IMG/VR virus record: IMGVR_UViG_3300046747_000228
Origin: a virus
Strand: one strand, 5' to 3'
DNA length: 40,606 nucleotides
A program made the translations under genes and the position numbers. The notes beneath the pieces are model-generated. The model was not told where the DNA came from and searched no databases. It was given only the letters and a program-made list of their open reading frames with translations. Shown here in pieces: positions 16,018 through 23,457 of this stretch (within the stretch, counting starts at the first letter, position 1; the number at the start of each line of letters is the position of its first letter).

Positions 16018-16094
16018 CATTGCGAACCTGCTAGGAATCCTGCTAGGTTGACATCTCCGCACCACAACGAACACCCGAAAGGCAGGGCCGGGGC
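16018..16094 (+). promoter_or_regulatory. Rightward promoter/leader module, near-duplicate of 11634-11700
   Basis: The plus strand reads CATTGCGAACCTGCTAGGAATCCTGCTAGGTTGACATCTCCGCACCACAACGAACACCCGAAAGGCAGGGCCGGGGC followed by ATG at 16095. There are two CCTGCTAGG copies (16027-16035 and 16039-16047), and the second gives TGcTAGGTT. Confidence 0.6.
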
Positions 16095-16319
16095 ATGACA
16101 CAGATCATCGAACAGGTCACGTACGTTCCGGTCCGGGGGTCGACGACCGTGGTCGTTCGCCCGCCTCGGGCATGCGGTCTCGCCGGATGCGTCGGCGAGC
16201 TCGAGGTTGCCGGCAAGCATGGCGACAGGACCATCGTTCACCTCGATGACGAGCAGCGACGCGTGCTGATCGAGGGTCTCGGCGGTCTGCCGCAGACCTA
16301 TGACCCGCGGGGGAGGTGA
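16095..16319 (+). CDS. Hypothetical protein, first rightward early gene
   Basis: 74-aa product MTQIIEQVTYVPVRGS..., with GAAAGG upstream. Confidence 0.65.
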   Translation: MTQIIEQVTYVPVRGSTTVVVRPPRACGLAGCVGELEVAGKHGDRTIVHLDDEQRRVLIEGLGGLPQTYDPRGR

Positions 16320-16324
16320 TTGGC

Positions 16325-16441
16325 ATGGTTCGCATCGTCATCGCTATCGCGCTGCTCGCCGCTCGTCTGCGGCTCGCGAAGTTGACGGCGCCCGCGGCGC
16401 CGGCGTACGTCGGGCGTCACTGGGCGCCGGGGGTCATCTGA
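16325..16441 (+). CDS. Small hydrophobic protein (below the track cut-off)
   Basis: Hand translation gives MVRIVIAIALLAARLRLAKLTAPAAPAYVGRHWAPGVI. GGGAGG lies upstream, third-position GC is far higher than in the overlapping 16300 frame, and its TGA shares a base with ATG 16441. Confidence 0.45.
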   Translation: MVRIVIAIALLAARLRLAKLTAPAAPAYVGRHWAPGVI

Positions 16442-17253
16442 TGGTCGCCGCTTTACAGATCACGTGCCCGTTCCTGCCCTGCCGCGGGCAATGGTGGGTC
16501 GGCGTCGGGCTCAGTGACACGGTACGTGTGCCGCAGCACAGTCCGATCGGTATGCCCGCGAGCTACACGGGGTGGCTGCCATGGTGCCCGGGCGCGAACA
16601 TGTTCGTCCGGAAGGACACGTCGCGCCCGTTCATCGAGCAGGACGTCGCGAAGCTGCAGCGCGCCCTGGCCGCTTATCAGGCGCGCGTCAAGGCGATCGC
16701 CGCAGGGACGGCCGACGGCGCACCGTACAAGCCTCTCGCCGCGGGCGAGTCGGTCGGCCGTCCGGTCGATCCGACCAACGAATACTTTCCGGGGCGGCCG
16801 GCCGATGCGCCGGAACCGAATCCTGGCGAGCGCCCCGAAATGCTCCCCTCGTGGGAGCTCGGAGGCGGACACCTAGGGGGAAGCGCAGTGGACAATTCGC
16901 ACAGCACTACGCAGGGGCTCGTCGGCCTCGCCATCAATCAGATGGGTCTGACACAGGATCTGCTCGCGCGGGTCACGTCGGCGCTCGATGAGGCCGAAGC
17001 GGTCGCGGTCGCGTCCGAGTCGCAGATCCGGACCGTTCAGTCGCTCGTCATGGCGGCCGTCGGCACGGGCGAGGGCGCGCCTCCGTCGGGTGAGCAGATG
17101 GCGGAGCATACGGCGCTCGCGGTCGACACGATCTCGGGCGACGCGAGCGTCGGCCTCGCGGTGCACCTCGCGAAGGTCCGCGCGGAGACGGCGAACAACC
17201 AAATTCTCGCCGCGGTTGCCAATGCTCAGGAATTTCTCCGGACGCTCAGCTAG
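16441..17253 (+). CDS. Hypothetical protein
   Basis: 270-aa product MVAALQITCPFLPCRGQWW... with a helical C-terminal half. The start was chosen on codon bias and stop/start overlap. Confidence 0.65.
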   Translation: MVAALQITCPFLPCRGQWWVGVGLSDTVRVPQHSPIGMPASYTGWLPWCPGANMFVRKDTSRPFIEQDVAKLQRALAAYQARVKAIAAGTADGAPYKPLAAGESVGRPVDPTNEYFPGRPADAPEPNPGERPEMLPSWELGGGHLGGSAVDNSHSTTQGLVGLAINQMGLTQDLLARVTSALDEAEAVAVASESQIRTVQSLVMAAVGTGEGAPPSGEQMAEHTALAVDTISGDASVGLAVHLAKVRAETANNQILAAVANAQEFLRTLS

Positions 17254-17513
17254 TGACGTACGAGGAAGTGCACGCGGGCGATCACGTGCTCGGTCATGAT
17301 GGCGATATCTGGGGAGTCGCCGAGATCGAGCACGTGCCGCGGATCGCTGTGACGCTCGTCAAGCCCGGGTGTCGCGTAACGGGTTACCCGCCTGCGGGCA
17401 CACCGGTCACTATCGTGGCTCGGTCCGACGTCACGGCCGAGCACGCGGCGGCCGGCGTACTGATCGCCGCGGGCTTCAACATCGACATCATTTCGGAGCA
17501 ATGGACACCGTAG
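17253..17513 (+). CDS. Hypothetical protein
   Basis: 86-aa ORF. GTG 17253 shares a base with the upstream TAG. Confidence 0.6.
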   Translation: MTYEEVHAGDHVLGHDGDIWGVAEIEHVPRIAVTLVKPGCRVTGYPPAGTPVTIVARSDVTAEHAAAGVLIAAGFNIDIISEQWTP

Positions 17514-17710
17514 TTTTTCTGCTCGGCGACCCGAACCGGGCGCTGCGAACCGTTCCGGTGGTACCCGGCCCCGAGCCGGCGGCCGTCGGTCCGTGCGTGG
17601 CGTGCGGCGACCGCGGGATGCGCGCTTGGAAGGTCGTCTCGGCCGTCGACTTGATCCTGTGCATCGACGCCGAGGGGTGCCGCGCACGATTCACGGAAGG
17701 GGAGAAATGA
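17501..17710 (+). CDS. Small Cys-containing hypothetical protein
   Basis: 69-aa product MDTVVFLLGDPNRALRT...CVACGDRG...CIDAEGC. It overlaps the previous gene by 13 nt. Confidence 0.5.
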   Translation: MDTVVFLLGDPNRALRTVPVVPGPEPAAVGPCVACGDRGMRAWKVVSAVDLILCIDAEGCRARFTEGEK

Positions 17711-18048
17711 CGCAGTACGGGCACGAGGGCCGGCACCATGGCGTCGGCACGCCGGATTGCCCTCGCGATCTTCACCACCATCACGACGAGCGTTGCGAGC
17801 GCCCGGGCGTTACCGCAGCACGAGCAGCCGTCGCGGCACTACGCGATCGTCGGCAACGGGCGCGCGAGACATTCCACGACGAATGGTCGCGGCGCGGCGT
17901 ATGCCTACGCGCCTGCGACGAAGCGATCGAGACGGCGACGCGCGTGCGCGTCACGCCCGAGCTCGTCGACGCATACGCGACCGCAGACAACATCGACGAC
18001 GGACTAGCCCGAGCGTTCGCCGCCGCGGGCTTCGAGGTCGAGGAATAG
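17707..18048 (+). CDS. His-rich hypothetical protein
   Basis: 113-aa product MTQYGHEGRHHGVGTPDCPRDLHHHHDERC.... It has an ATGA overlap at 17707-17710. Confidence 0.6.
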   Translation: MTQYGHEGRHHGVGTPDCPRDLHHHHDERCERPGVTAARAAVAALRDRRQRARETFHDEWSRRGVCLRACDEAIETATRVRVTPELVDAYATADNIDDGLARAFAAAGFEVEE

Positions 18049-18060
18049 GAAAGGGGAGAG

Positions 18061-19488
18061 ATGACGCAAATCGTACATAGCGCGCAAGCGCCGACACAGC
18101 GGCAGATGCCTACGGGCGGTCGTTGGGGGTGGTATACGGATCATGAGGGGCGCGAGTGGCGCCGCGTGTCGAAGCTCGTCAAATACGTCGAGACCGACAC
18201 GTACAACCTTGACCAGTGGATGAAGCGGCAGGTCGCCGAAGGGCTCGCGATCCGCGACGACCTCGTGCTCGCGGTCAAGGCCATGGGTCGCCCCGACGCG
18301 ACGCTCGGATGGTCGGACGCCGACAAGAAGAAGCTGAACGAGATCGCGCGGGACGCGATGAACGCTGCCAAGCAGGCCGACGGCGCCCGCAGCGGGACGG
18401 CGATGCACGATCTTACCGAGCGCCTCGACCGCGGCGAGAGCGTCGACAATGTGACGCGCGGGTTGCCGGCCGCCGCGGGTATGTCGCTGCGCGCCTATGC
18501 GTTCCTGCGCGAGGCGAACGGGTGGCGCAACGTCGAGATCGAGCGCACGGTCGTCGTCGACGAGCTCGAGGTTGCCGGCACCTTCGACCGCATCGACATC
18601 GTGCCCGGGCTCGTTTCCCTGCTCGGCCCGGGCTCGTGCCAGTACGGCGACGAGTGCCCCGACGTCGGCTTGCCCGGCCACGGGGATGCGGCCGTCGTCG
18701 ACGTCAAGACCGAAAAAGCGCCGTGGCTCAATGGCCTGCACATCGGTCCGCAGCTCGCGATCTACTCACGGGCTCAGCGGATGTGGGAACCGGACGGCAC
18801 GGTCGTTCCGCTGCTCTATGCCGACGGCCGGCCGAAGATGCGCGACGACGGCGCCGCGCCGCTCACGACGGCCGGCGGGCGCTACGTGCGGGTGCCGTGC
18901 GTTCGGCAGGATGTCGGCATCGTTGTGCACGTGCTCGACGGCGATGCCGTGCCGTACTTCATCAATCTGGCGGAGGGGTGGGGCGCGGCCGTCGCCGCCT
19001 ACGAGCAGATGCGGCGCGAGCAGCGGTCGAAGACTCGGCTCGGCGCGCCGGGTGCATGGTTCGTGCCCGTGCCGAACGTCAAGCGGCCGGCCGTCACGCA
19101 GATTTTCACCGAGCACGCGGTCGCGGCCGACTACGCAAATCCCGCGCGGCCGGCCGCCGGGGGCGCCGAGCAGGTCGCCGTTCGCGGCGTCGACGGATTG
19201 GTGCGATGGGAGGGCGAGGCGCCGGCCGAGAACGTCGCGACCCGCGGACCGCTCGATGAGGTCGACAAAAGCGCGATCGAGGCGATCTGGCTGGCGAACG
19301 TCGTCAACGGGGGCGACTGCTCGCTCTCGAAGATCTTCGAGATCTACACGGGGATGGGTCGCCTCTGGTCCGGTCGAGTCGCCGAGGCGGCGACCGCGCG
19401 GCGTCGGCAACTTGAATGCCCACAGCGTGCGCTTCACGTCGGCGCGGGCAAGTGCGCGTGCGGGTGGGTTACGGGCGTCGCACCGTAG
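18061..19488 (+). CDS. PD-(D/E)XK nuclease (RecB/Cas4-like exonuclease) with a long C-terminal extension
   Basis: 475-aa ORF with a strong SD (GGAAAGGGGAGAG). Motifs GTFDRIDIV, AAVVDVKTEK and QLAIYS follow the D...D/ExK...QxxxY pattern of RecB-family nucleases. The C-terminus has Cys clusters (CQYGDEC, ECPQ...CAC). Confidence 0.6.
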   Translation: MTQIVHSAQAPTQRQMPTGGRWGWYTDHEGREWRRVSKLVKYVETDTYNLDQWMKRQVAEGLAIRDDLVLAVKAMGRPDATLGWSDADKKKLNEIARDAMNAAKQADGARSGTAMHDLTERLDRGESVDNVTRGLPAAAGMSLRAYAFLREANGWRNVEIERTVVVDELEVAGTFDRIDIVPGLVSLLGPGSCQYGDECPDVGLPGHGDAAVVDVKTEKAPWLNGLHIGPQLAIYSRAQRMWEPDGTVVPLLYADGRPKMRDDGAAPLTTAGGRYVRVPCVRQDVGIVVHVLDGDAVPYFINLAEGWGAAVAAYEQMRREQRSKTRLGAPGAWFVPVPNVKRPAVTQIFTEHAVAADYANPARPAAGGAEQVAVRGVDGLVRWEGEAPAENVATRGPLDEVDKSAIEAIWLANVVNGGDCSLSKIFEIYTGMGRLWSGRVAEAATARRRQLECPQRALHVGAGKCACGWVTGVAP

Positions 19489-19493
19489 CCGGA

Positions 19494-19515
19494 CCTGCTA
19501 GGTACCTGCTAGATT
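19494..19515 (+). promoter_or_regulatory. Tandem CTAGG promoter/operator element
   Basis: The plus strand reads CCTGCTAGGTACCTGCTAGATT. The second copy gives TGcTAGATT. It lies about 105 nt upstream of ATG 19623. Confidence 0.45.
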
Positions 19516-19525
19516 TAAGGTCCGT

Positions 19526-19565
19526 CCCGCGGCTCAGTGGTTACAGAACGTCACAGGGCCGCGGG
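19526..19565 (+). other. Stem-loop in the leader of the 19623 gene
   Basis: Perfect 8-bp arms CCCGCGGC (19526-19533) and GCCGCGGG (19558-19565) with a 24-nt loop. Confidence 0.3.
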
Positions 19566-19622
19566 GCGCCAAACCTCGGGTTGTTCCGACCCACCGAATC
19601 AAGATCCGAGAATCGAGGAACG

Positions 19623-20426
19623 ATGTCTCAGCCCAATCCGTTCGCGGCCGGCACGCCGGTCGCCCCGCAGCAGCAGGCGCCCGCGGCCAACCCCTTCGGC
19701 GCGCCCGCCCCTGCGCAGCAGCAGGCGCCCGCGGCCAACCCCTTCGGCGCCCCTGCTGCCCCCCAGCAGCAGGCGCCGGCCGCGCCGCAGGCGTACGCGC
19801 CGCAGCAGCAGTACGCGCCGCAGGCGCCCGCTCAGCAGGCGTACGCGCCCGCCGCGGCGCAGCAGCAGACCGCAGCGCCCGCGCTCGGTCCGGTCGGGGG
19901 CGCTGCGGCGCCCGTGGTCGGCGAGGGCCGCGGCCCTAAGTTGCCCGACATGTACGGCCGCCTCCTGCTCGTCATGCCGCAGCGCCTCGAGAACGTGCCG
20001 CGGCGCCCCGAGCACATCACGGCCGAGCAGCGCGCGGCCGGCAACGTCAACCAGGACAAGATGACCGCCACCATCGTCATCCTCGACGCCGGCCGCGTCG
20101 GCGACTACTCGCCGATCTGGTTTGGCGGAAACCCGCACGCGCTCGGCGGTACCCCGCACACGGAGTCCGCTGCGCTTCCCTACGTCCGTAAAGGCATGTG
20201 GCTCAATCAGTCGCGCCTCATCTCGCAGGCGCGCGACTATCTGCCCGGGGGCGCGCACGCCGGCCCGAACGGGGCGCCCGGGATGGTTTGCGGCCGACTC
20301 GTCAAGACCGGTCCGGGCGCCAACGACCCGTGGTACCTGACGACGCCGACCGACGAAGAGGTCGCGCTCGCCAACGCCTACGTCGGGCTCGTCGCGAACG
20401 GGCAGTACCCGAACCCTCTCGCGTGA
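19623..20426 (+). CDS. Hypothetical protein with an N-terminal Q/A/P-rich NPF(G/A) repeat region
   Basis: 267-aa product MSQPNPFAAGTPVAPQQQAPAANPFGAPAPAQQQAPAANPFGAP..., with GAGG upstream. The globular C-terminal half was not recognised. It sits between the nuclease and RusA. Confidence 0.7.
   Translation: MSQPNPFAAGTPVAPQQQAPAANPFGAPAPAQQQAPAANPFGAPAAPQQQAPAAPQAYAPQQQYAPQAPAQQAYAPAAAQQQTAAPALGPVGGAAAPVVGEGRGPKLPDMYGRLLLVMPQRLENVPRRPEHITAEQRAAGNVNQDKMTATIVILDAGRVGDYSPIWFGGNPHALGGTPHTESAALPYVRKGMWLNQSRLISQARDYLPGGAHAGPNGAPGMVCGRLVKTGPGANDPWYLTTPTDEEVALANAYVGLVANGQYPNPLA
19668..19790 (+). repeat. In-frame tandem repeat with a 48-bp period
   Basis: The 35-mer CAGCAGCAGGCGCCCGCGGCCAACCCCTTCGGCGC is exact at 19668-19702 and 19716-19750. 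A degenerate third unit starts near 19765. Confidence 0.85.
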
Positions 20427-20893
20427 TCCTGACCATTCGGGCGATCGGCCGCCCCGCGCCGCAGGGTTCGAAGGAGCTCGGCAGTGCGGGGCAGGTCATC
20501 GAGTCGAGCCCGTACCTGCCAGCGTGGCGGCAGTGCGTGCGCATCGCCGCCTTCCGGGCGTACGCCGCGGCGCGCATCGATCCCGCGACACTCCCAGTGT
20601 TCGCGGTCGGCCGCCCCGTGCACATCGAGCGCGTGACGTTCTACCTCATCCGCGGGCAGCAGGGGGGCGCGGCCGAGAGCGCCGAGCCGGTAGGCGACCC
20701 CGATATCGACAAGCTGCTGCGCTCGACGCTCGACGCGCTCGGCGGCCGGCGTGACAAGTTCAAAACGGCGAAGCTCTTCGCCGACGATTCACAGGTGACA
20801 AAGATCAATGGGCCGCTCGAAAAGGTGTGGGCAATCTCGCCGCAGACCGCGGGCGCCACGATCATCATTTCCGATGGGAGAGATCAACAATGA
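20423..20893 (+). CDS. rusA: RusA-like Holliday junction resolvase
   Basis: 156-aa ORF whose GTG overlaps the upstream TGA (GTGA at 20423-20426). GRPAPQGSK, DPDIDKLLRSTLDAL and ADDSQV match RusA family motifs. Confidence 0.75.
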   Translation: MILTIRAIGRPAPQGSKELGSAGQVIESSPYLPAWRQCVRIAAFRAYAAARIDPATLPVFAVGRPVHIERVTFYLIRGQQGGAAESAEPVGDPDIDKLLRSTLDALGGRRDKFKTAKLFADDSQVTKINGPLEKVWAISPQTAGATIIISDGRDQQ

Positions 20894-21321
20894 CGGACGT
20901 CTACCGCGTGCTCGTCGTGCGCGAAAATACCGGGTCGCTGAGCGAGGTGCTCTTCGAAGCCGCGAGCCCGGACGCCGACCGCCTGCTCGACTACGCGCCG
21001 GCCGAGGTCGTCGTCGCGCTCACGGCCGTGAGCCAGCGTGCCGAGGTCCTCACGTCCGAGGCAGTCATGAGCGCACTCCCGGCGCCTCAGCCCGTCGACG
21101 AGCCCGTCGAGGCGGCCGACGACAAGCCGAAGCGCACGCGGCGCACGAAGGCCGAGATCGCCGCGGCGAAGGCGGCCGGCGTGACTGTGTCGACGAGCTT
21201 CGAGGGCGCCGTCCCCGTGCCGACGAGCCCGTTGCCGGCCGAGGCGTCGTCTCCGCTCGCCGAGCCGTTGCCGCAGGAGGCGCCCGCGCCGGCGGCCGGC
21301 GTCTTCAATCCGTTCGCCTAG
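20890..21321 (+). CDS. Hypothetical protein, last gene of the rightward arm
   Basis: 143-aa ORF with an ATGA overlap at 20890-20893. It has a basic KPKRTRRTKAEIAAAKAAG segment and a Pro/Ala-rich tail that ends in GVFNPFA. Confidence 0.65.
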   Translation: MTDVYRVLVVRENTGSLSEVLFEAASPDADRLLDYAPAEVVVALTAVSQRAEVLTSEAVMSALPAPQPVDEPVEAADDKPKRTRRTKAEIAAAKAAGVTVSTSFEGAVPVPTSPLPAEASSPLAEPLPQEAPAPAAGVFNPFA

Positions 21322-21551
21322 TTGCCGGCCGTCTCGACGACCGACGGCGAATCACCCGGGCCGAGAGGCGCGCTCGCGATGCTCGTGACGACCGAGAGCA
21401 CGAAGCCCGTGAGCGCGCCGAGCCCGAGCGCCTCGAGCGCGCCGAGGTCGAGGATGTTGAACGTCGCGGCGCCCATGGCCGCGACGGCGAGCTGGGCGGC
21501 AGTCTTTACCGCGCGCTCGAAAGTCTCTTTCCAAAACTGCCGCTTCATCAT
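21318..21551 (-). CDS. Holin-like membrane protein (r1t/LL-H-type by eye)
   Basis: 77-aa product MMKRQFWKETFERAVKTAAQLAVAAMGAATFNILDLGALEALGLGALTGFVLSVVTSIAS.... The FWK..ER..KTAAQ signature and two hydrophobic helices resemble r1t-type holins. A TTG at 21572 is an alternative start. Confidence 0.5.
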   Translation of the reverse strand: MMKRQFWKETFERAVKTAAQLAVAAMGAATFNILDLGALEALGLGALTGFVLSVVTSIASAPLGPGDSPSVVETAGN

Positions 21552-21570
21552 GTCGCGAGCGTACCGCGAC

Positions 21571-21583
21571 AATGCCTAGCAGA
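21571..21583 (-). promoter_or_regulatory. Degenerate single copy of the CTAGG element
   Basis: The minus strand reads TCTGCTAGGCATT, about 20 nt upstream of ATG 21551. The -10 candidate TAGGCA lacks the final T. Confidence 0.3.
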
Positions 21584-21587
21584 ACTT

Positions 21588-21609
21588 CCCGCGACCAACC
21601 GGTCGCGGG
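21588..21609. other. Strong hairpin between divergent genes
   Basis: Perfect 9-bp arms CCCGCGACC (21588-21596) and GGTCGCGGG (21601-21609) with a 4-nt loop. It lies 22 nt upstream of ATG 21632. Confidence 0.5.
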
Positions 21610-21631
21610 CAGGAAAGAACGAAGGGGAAAC

Positions 21632-22636
21632 ATGATCAGCAAGCTGAGAGCCGCACTCGTCGTGCTGCTGCTCGCCGCGGGGATCACGGGAGGTACGGCG
21701 ATCATGCCGATCGCCTCCGCCGAGGCGGTCGGACACGCGAGTGGGCACATCGTCCCCCCGGGTGCCGGCGGTAGCGCGCACGCGGCTAAGGCGAAGGCCC
21801 TGACCGCGTTCAATGGCGCGGGTTACTACTACGCCGGCGGATCGCAGACCTACGGCGGAACCGATTTCAGCCGCGGGCTCGGCGCCAACATCTTCATTTC
21901 GAAGCCATTCGTGCCGAACACGCCCAACGGGGGCGGCACCTATGACCACTCCCTGCTGGACTTGATCGTCAACGAAACGACCTCGGGCGTAGCGGGTAAC
22001 GCCATGGAGGCGTTCGTTGCCGTCGAGCCGAACGTGTGGGGGAACTTCAACCCGCACCTCGGCGTCTGCGCGTGGCATAACAGCGTTGACAATGGTTGCT
22101 ATACCGGCGGCACCAACTGGATCGACAACCCTGCCAACCCGCTCAATCTCGGCGCCGACCTGTCCGCCGATATCGGCACGGGTAAGTCGTTGATCATCGT
22201 GTACGCCTCGACCGGGTGCGGCACTGCGTCTACCGGATGGTGGGTGCAATACGCGGGAACGTACGTCGGTTGCTACACGCCGGCCGCGTTCGGCGGATCC
22301 ACGTGGTCGACGGCGAAGTTCGTTCAGGCCGACGGCGAGTACTACTACAACGGGGTGAATCACCCTGGCACGAGCAACGACAAGCCGTGCGGCGACCTCG
22401 GGAACGGCTTGTACCCGGGCACGGGCGCGGGATACATCGCGAGCCTGTCGACCGTCAACCCGTCCCCGGCCGGACTGGTCTCGTCGTTCACCTTGCACCC
22501 GGACACCGATTCGGGGGCCTATAGCGCGAACTGGACGGTACCGGGCAGCACCACGCGGAGCATCTACATCGGGGGCGCCGGCTACAAGTTCGTGAGCGGT
22601 GTGGCAACCCTGCCCGGTACCGCCGGGTCCTGCTAG
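21632..22636 (+). CDS. Secreted neprosin-like (DUF239/glutamic peptidase-like) protein
   Basis: 334-aa ORF with SD GAAGGGG. It has a Sec-type signal peptide, MISKLRAALVVLLLAAGITGGTAIMPIASA|EA. The mature part follows the neprosin-domain order: HSLLDLIV, NAMEAFVAVEPNVWGNFNPHL, GCYTGG, GWWVQYAGTYVGCYTPAAF, ADGEYYY. Recognised by eye, no search run. Confidence 0.5.
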   Translation: MISKLRAALVVLLLAAGITGGTAIMPIASAEAVGHASGHIVPPGAGGSAHAAKAKALTAFNGAGYYYAGGSQTYGGTDFSRGLGANIFISKPFVPNTPNGGGTYDHSLLDLIVNETTSGVAGNAMEAFVAVEPNVWGNFNPHLGVCAWHNSVDNGCYTGGTNWIDNPANPLNLGADLSADIGTGKSLIIVYASTGCGTASTGWWVQYAGTYVGCYTPAAFGGSTWSTAKFVQADGEYYYNGVNHPGTSNDKPCGDLGNGLYPGTGAGYIASLSTVNPSPAGLVSSFTLHPDTDSGAYSANWTVPGSTTRSIYIGGAGYKFVSGVATLPGTAGSC

Positions 22637-22986
22637 CAGGTACTCGCAGGCGGAGCAGGATGCGCCGCGCGGACGTCGTCAGTGTGCCTACGCGCCTCGA
22701 CGTCCGCGCGGCGTAGCTCGAGCCCGCTCGGTCCCCCCGGCTGCGGACCGTTGACGAGCGCGGCGTCGGCGCGCCGCTCGGCGTCCGTGGCATCGGAAAT
22801 GATCACGGTGCGCGCGGCGTCTGCCCGCTGCTGATCGGCGAGGCATCGGATGAAGCTCTGCTGTTGCATGCCGAGCCACCCGACGGCGATGAACGCGACG
22901 AGCGCGAGCAGGGTCGTTATCGCGCGCATGGTCGGCGTGCCGGCCCATGCCAGCCAGCGGGGTGGATCCTCCGGGAGGCCGGTCAT
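22633..22986 (-). CDS. Membrane-anchored protein, last gene of the lysis cassette
   Basis: 117-aa ORF with one N-terminal TM helix (AITTLLALVAFIAVGWLG) and a charged helical ectodomain. It has an ATGA overlap at 22983-22986. Confidence 0.6.
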   Translation of the reverse strand: MTGLPEDPPRWLAWAGTPTMRAITTLLALVAFIAVGWLGMQQQSFIRCLADQQRADAARTVIISDATDAERRADAALVNGPQPGGPSGLELRRADVEARRHTDDVRAAHPAPPASTC

Positions 22987-23114
22987 CGATCCCCCCGCGG
23001 CGGCCGGCGGGCGTCATGCCTCGCCAGCCACACGCGGCCGGCAACGCCTACCGATGACCACACGACGAGCCACGCGAGAGCGTCGGCCGCGTACTTCGGG
23101 TCGAATCCGCTCAT
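22983..23114 (-). CDS. Small membrane protein
   Basis: 43-aa product MSGFDPKYAADALAWLVVWSSVGVAGRVWLARHD.... It has ATGA overlaps at both ends (23111-23114 and 22983-22986). Confidence 0.5.
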   Translation of the reverse strand: MSGFDPKYAADALAWLVVWSSVGVAGRVWLARHDARRPPRGDR

Positions 23115-23347
23115 GGTCGGTCGCCTTCCTTTTCGGTCGGGTCGGCCTTCGGCACCTCGGCCGTTCGGATAGGACTTGCCCTTTTCCGGGCGATCGTATC
23201 GCCACCCGAAAGGGCAAGCCACAGGGCCGCAGGGAAGCCGACGATCACGGCGCTCGGTATCTGCTGCAGCCAGAGCGACACGGCGACGATGCCGAGCCAC
23301 GCGAGCATGCCGACGAGCAGGACAAAAAGGCGCGCCCACTGCGGCAT
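23111..23347 (-). CDS. Holin-like two-TM membrane protein
   Basis: 78-aa product MPQWARLFVLLVGMLAWLGIVAVSLWLQQIPSAVIVGFPAALWLALSGG... with a charged tail, preceded by GAGGGG. It is the first gene after the endolysin-like gene. The longest ORF starts at GTG 23386. Confidence 0.55.
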   Translation of the reverse strand: MPQWARLFVLLVGMLAWLGIVAVSLWLQQIPSAVIVGFPAALWLALSGGDTIARKRASPIRTAEVPKADPTEKEGDRP

Positions 23348-23457
23348 GCTCGACCGCCCCTCTATCGCAAGATCGGCCCGCCGCACACAGACCGTGACGG
23401 CGGGCCGTTAAGAGAAACATAAACGTTCCAGTAACGAAGCGGCAGGGGGGTCGCTAC

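Noticed and set aside
16048-16053. TTGACA hexamers (16048-16053 on the plus strand, 11667-11672 on the minus strand) as classical -35 boxes
   Set aside because: No TAnnnT lies 16-18 bp downstream of either copy. The hexamer instead overlaps the end of TGcTAGGTT, which fits an extended -10. The TTGACA is therefore probably incidental to that element.
18216-19501. Alternative-frame ORFs (18216..19259, 347 aa; 18497..19501, 334 aa) overlapping the nuclease gene
   Set aside because: Their composition is extremely Arg/Ala/Ser-rich with no start context. The 18061..19488 frame has a strong SD and nuclease motifs.
22629-22640. Perfect palindrome CCTGCTAGCAGG as another promoter copy
   Set aside because: It lies inside the last codons of two convergent genes, and neither orientation has a downstream gene to drive. 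Its -10 candidate TAGCAG lacks the terminal T. I kept it only as part of the CTAG junction observation.
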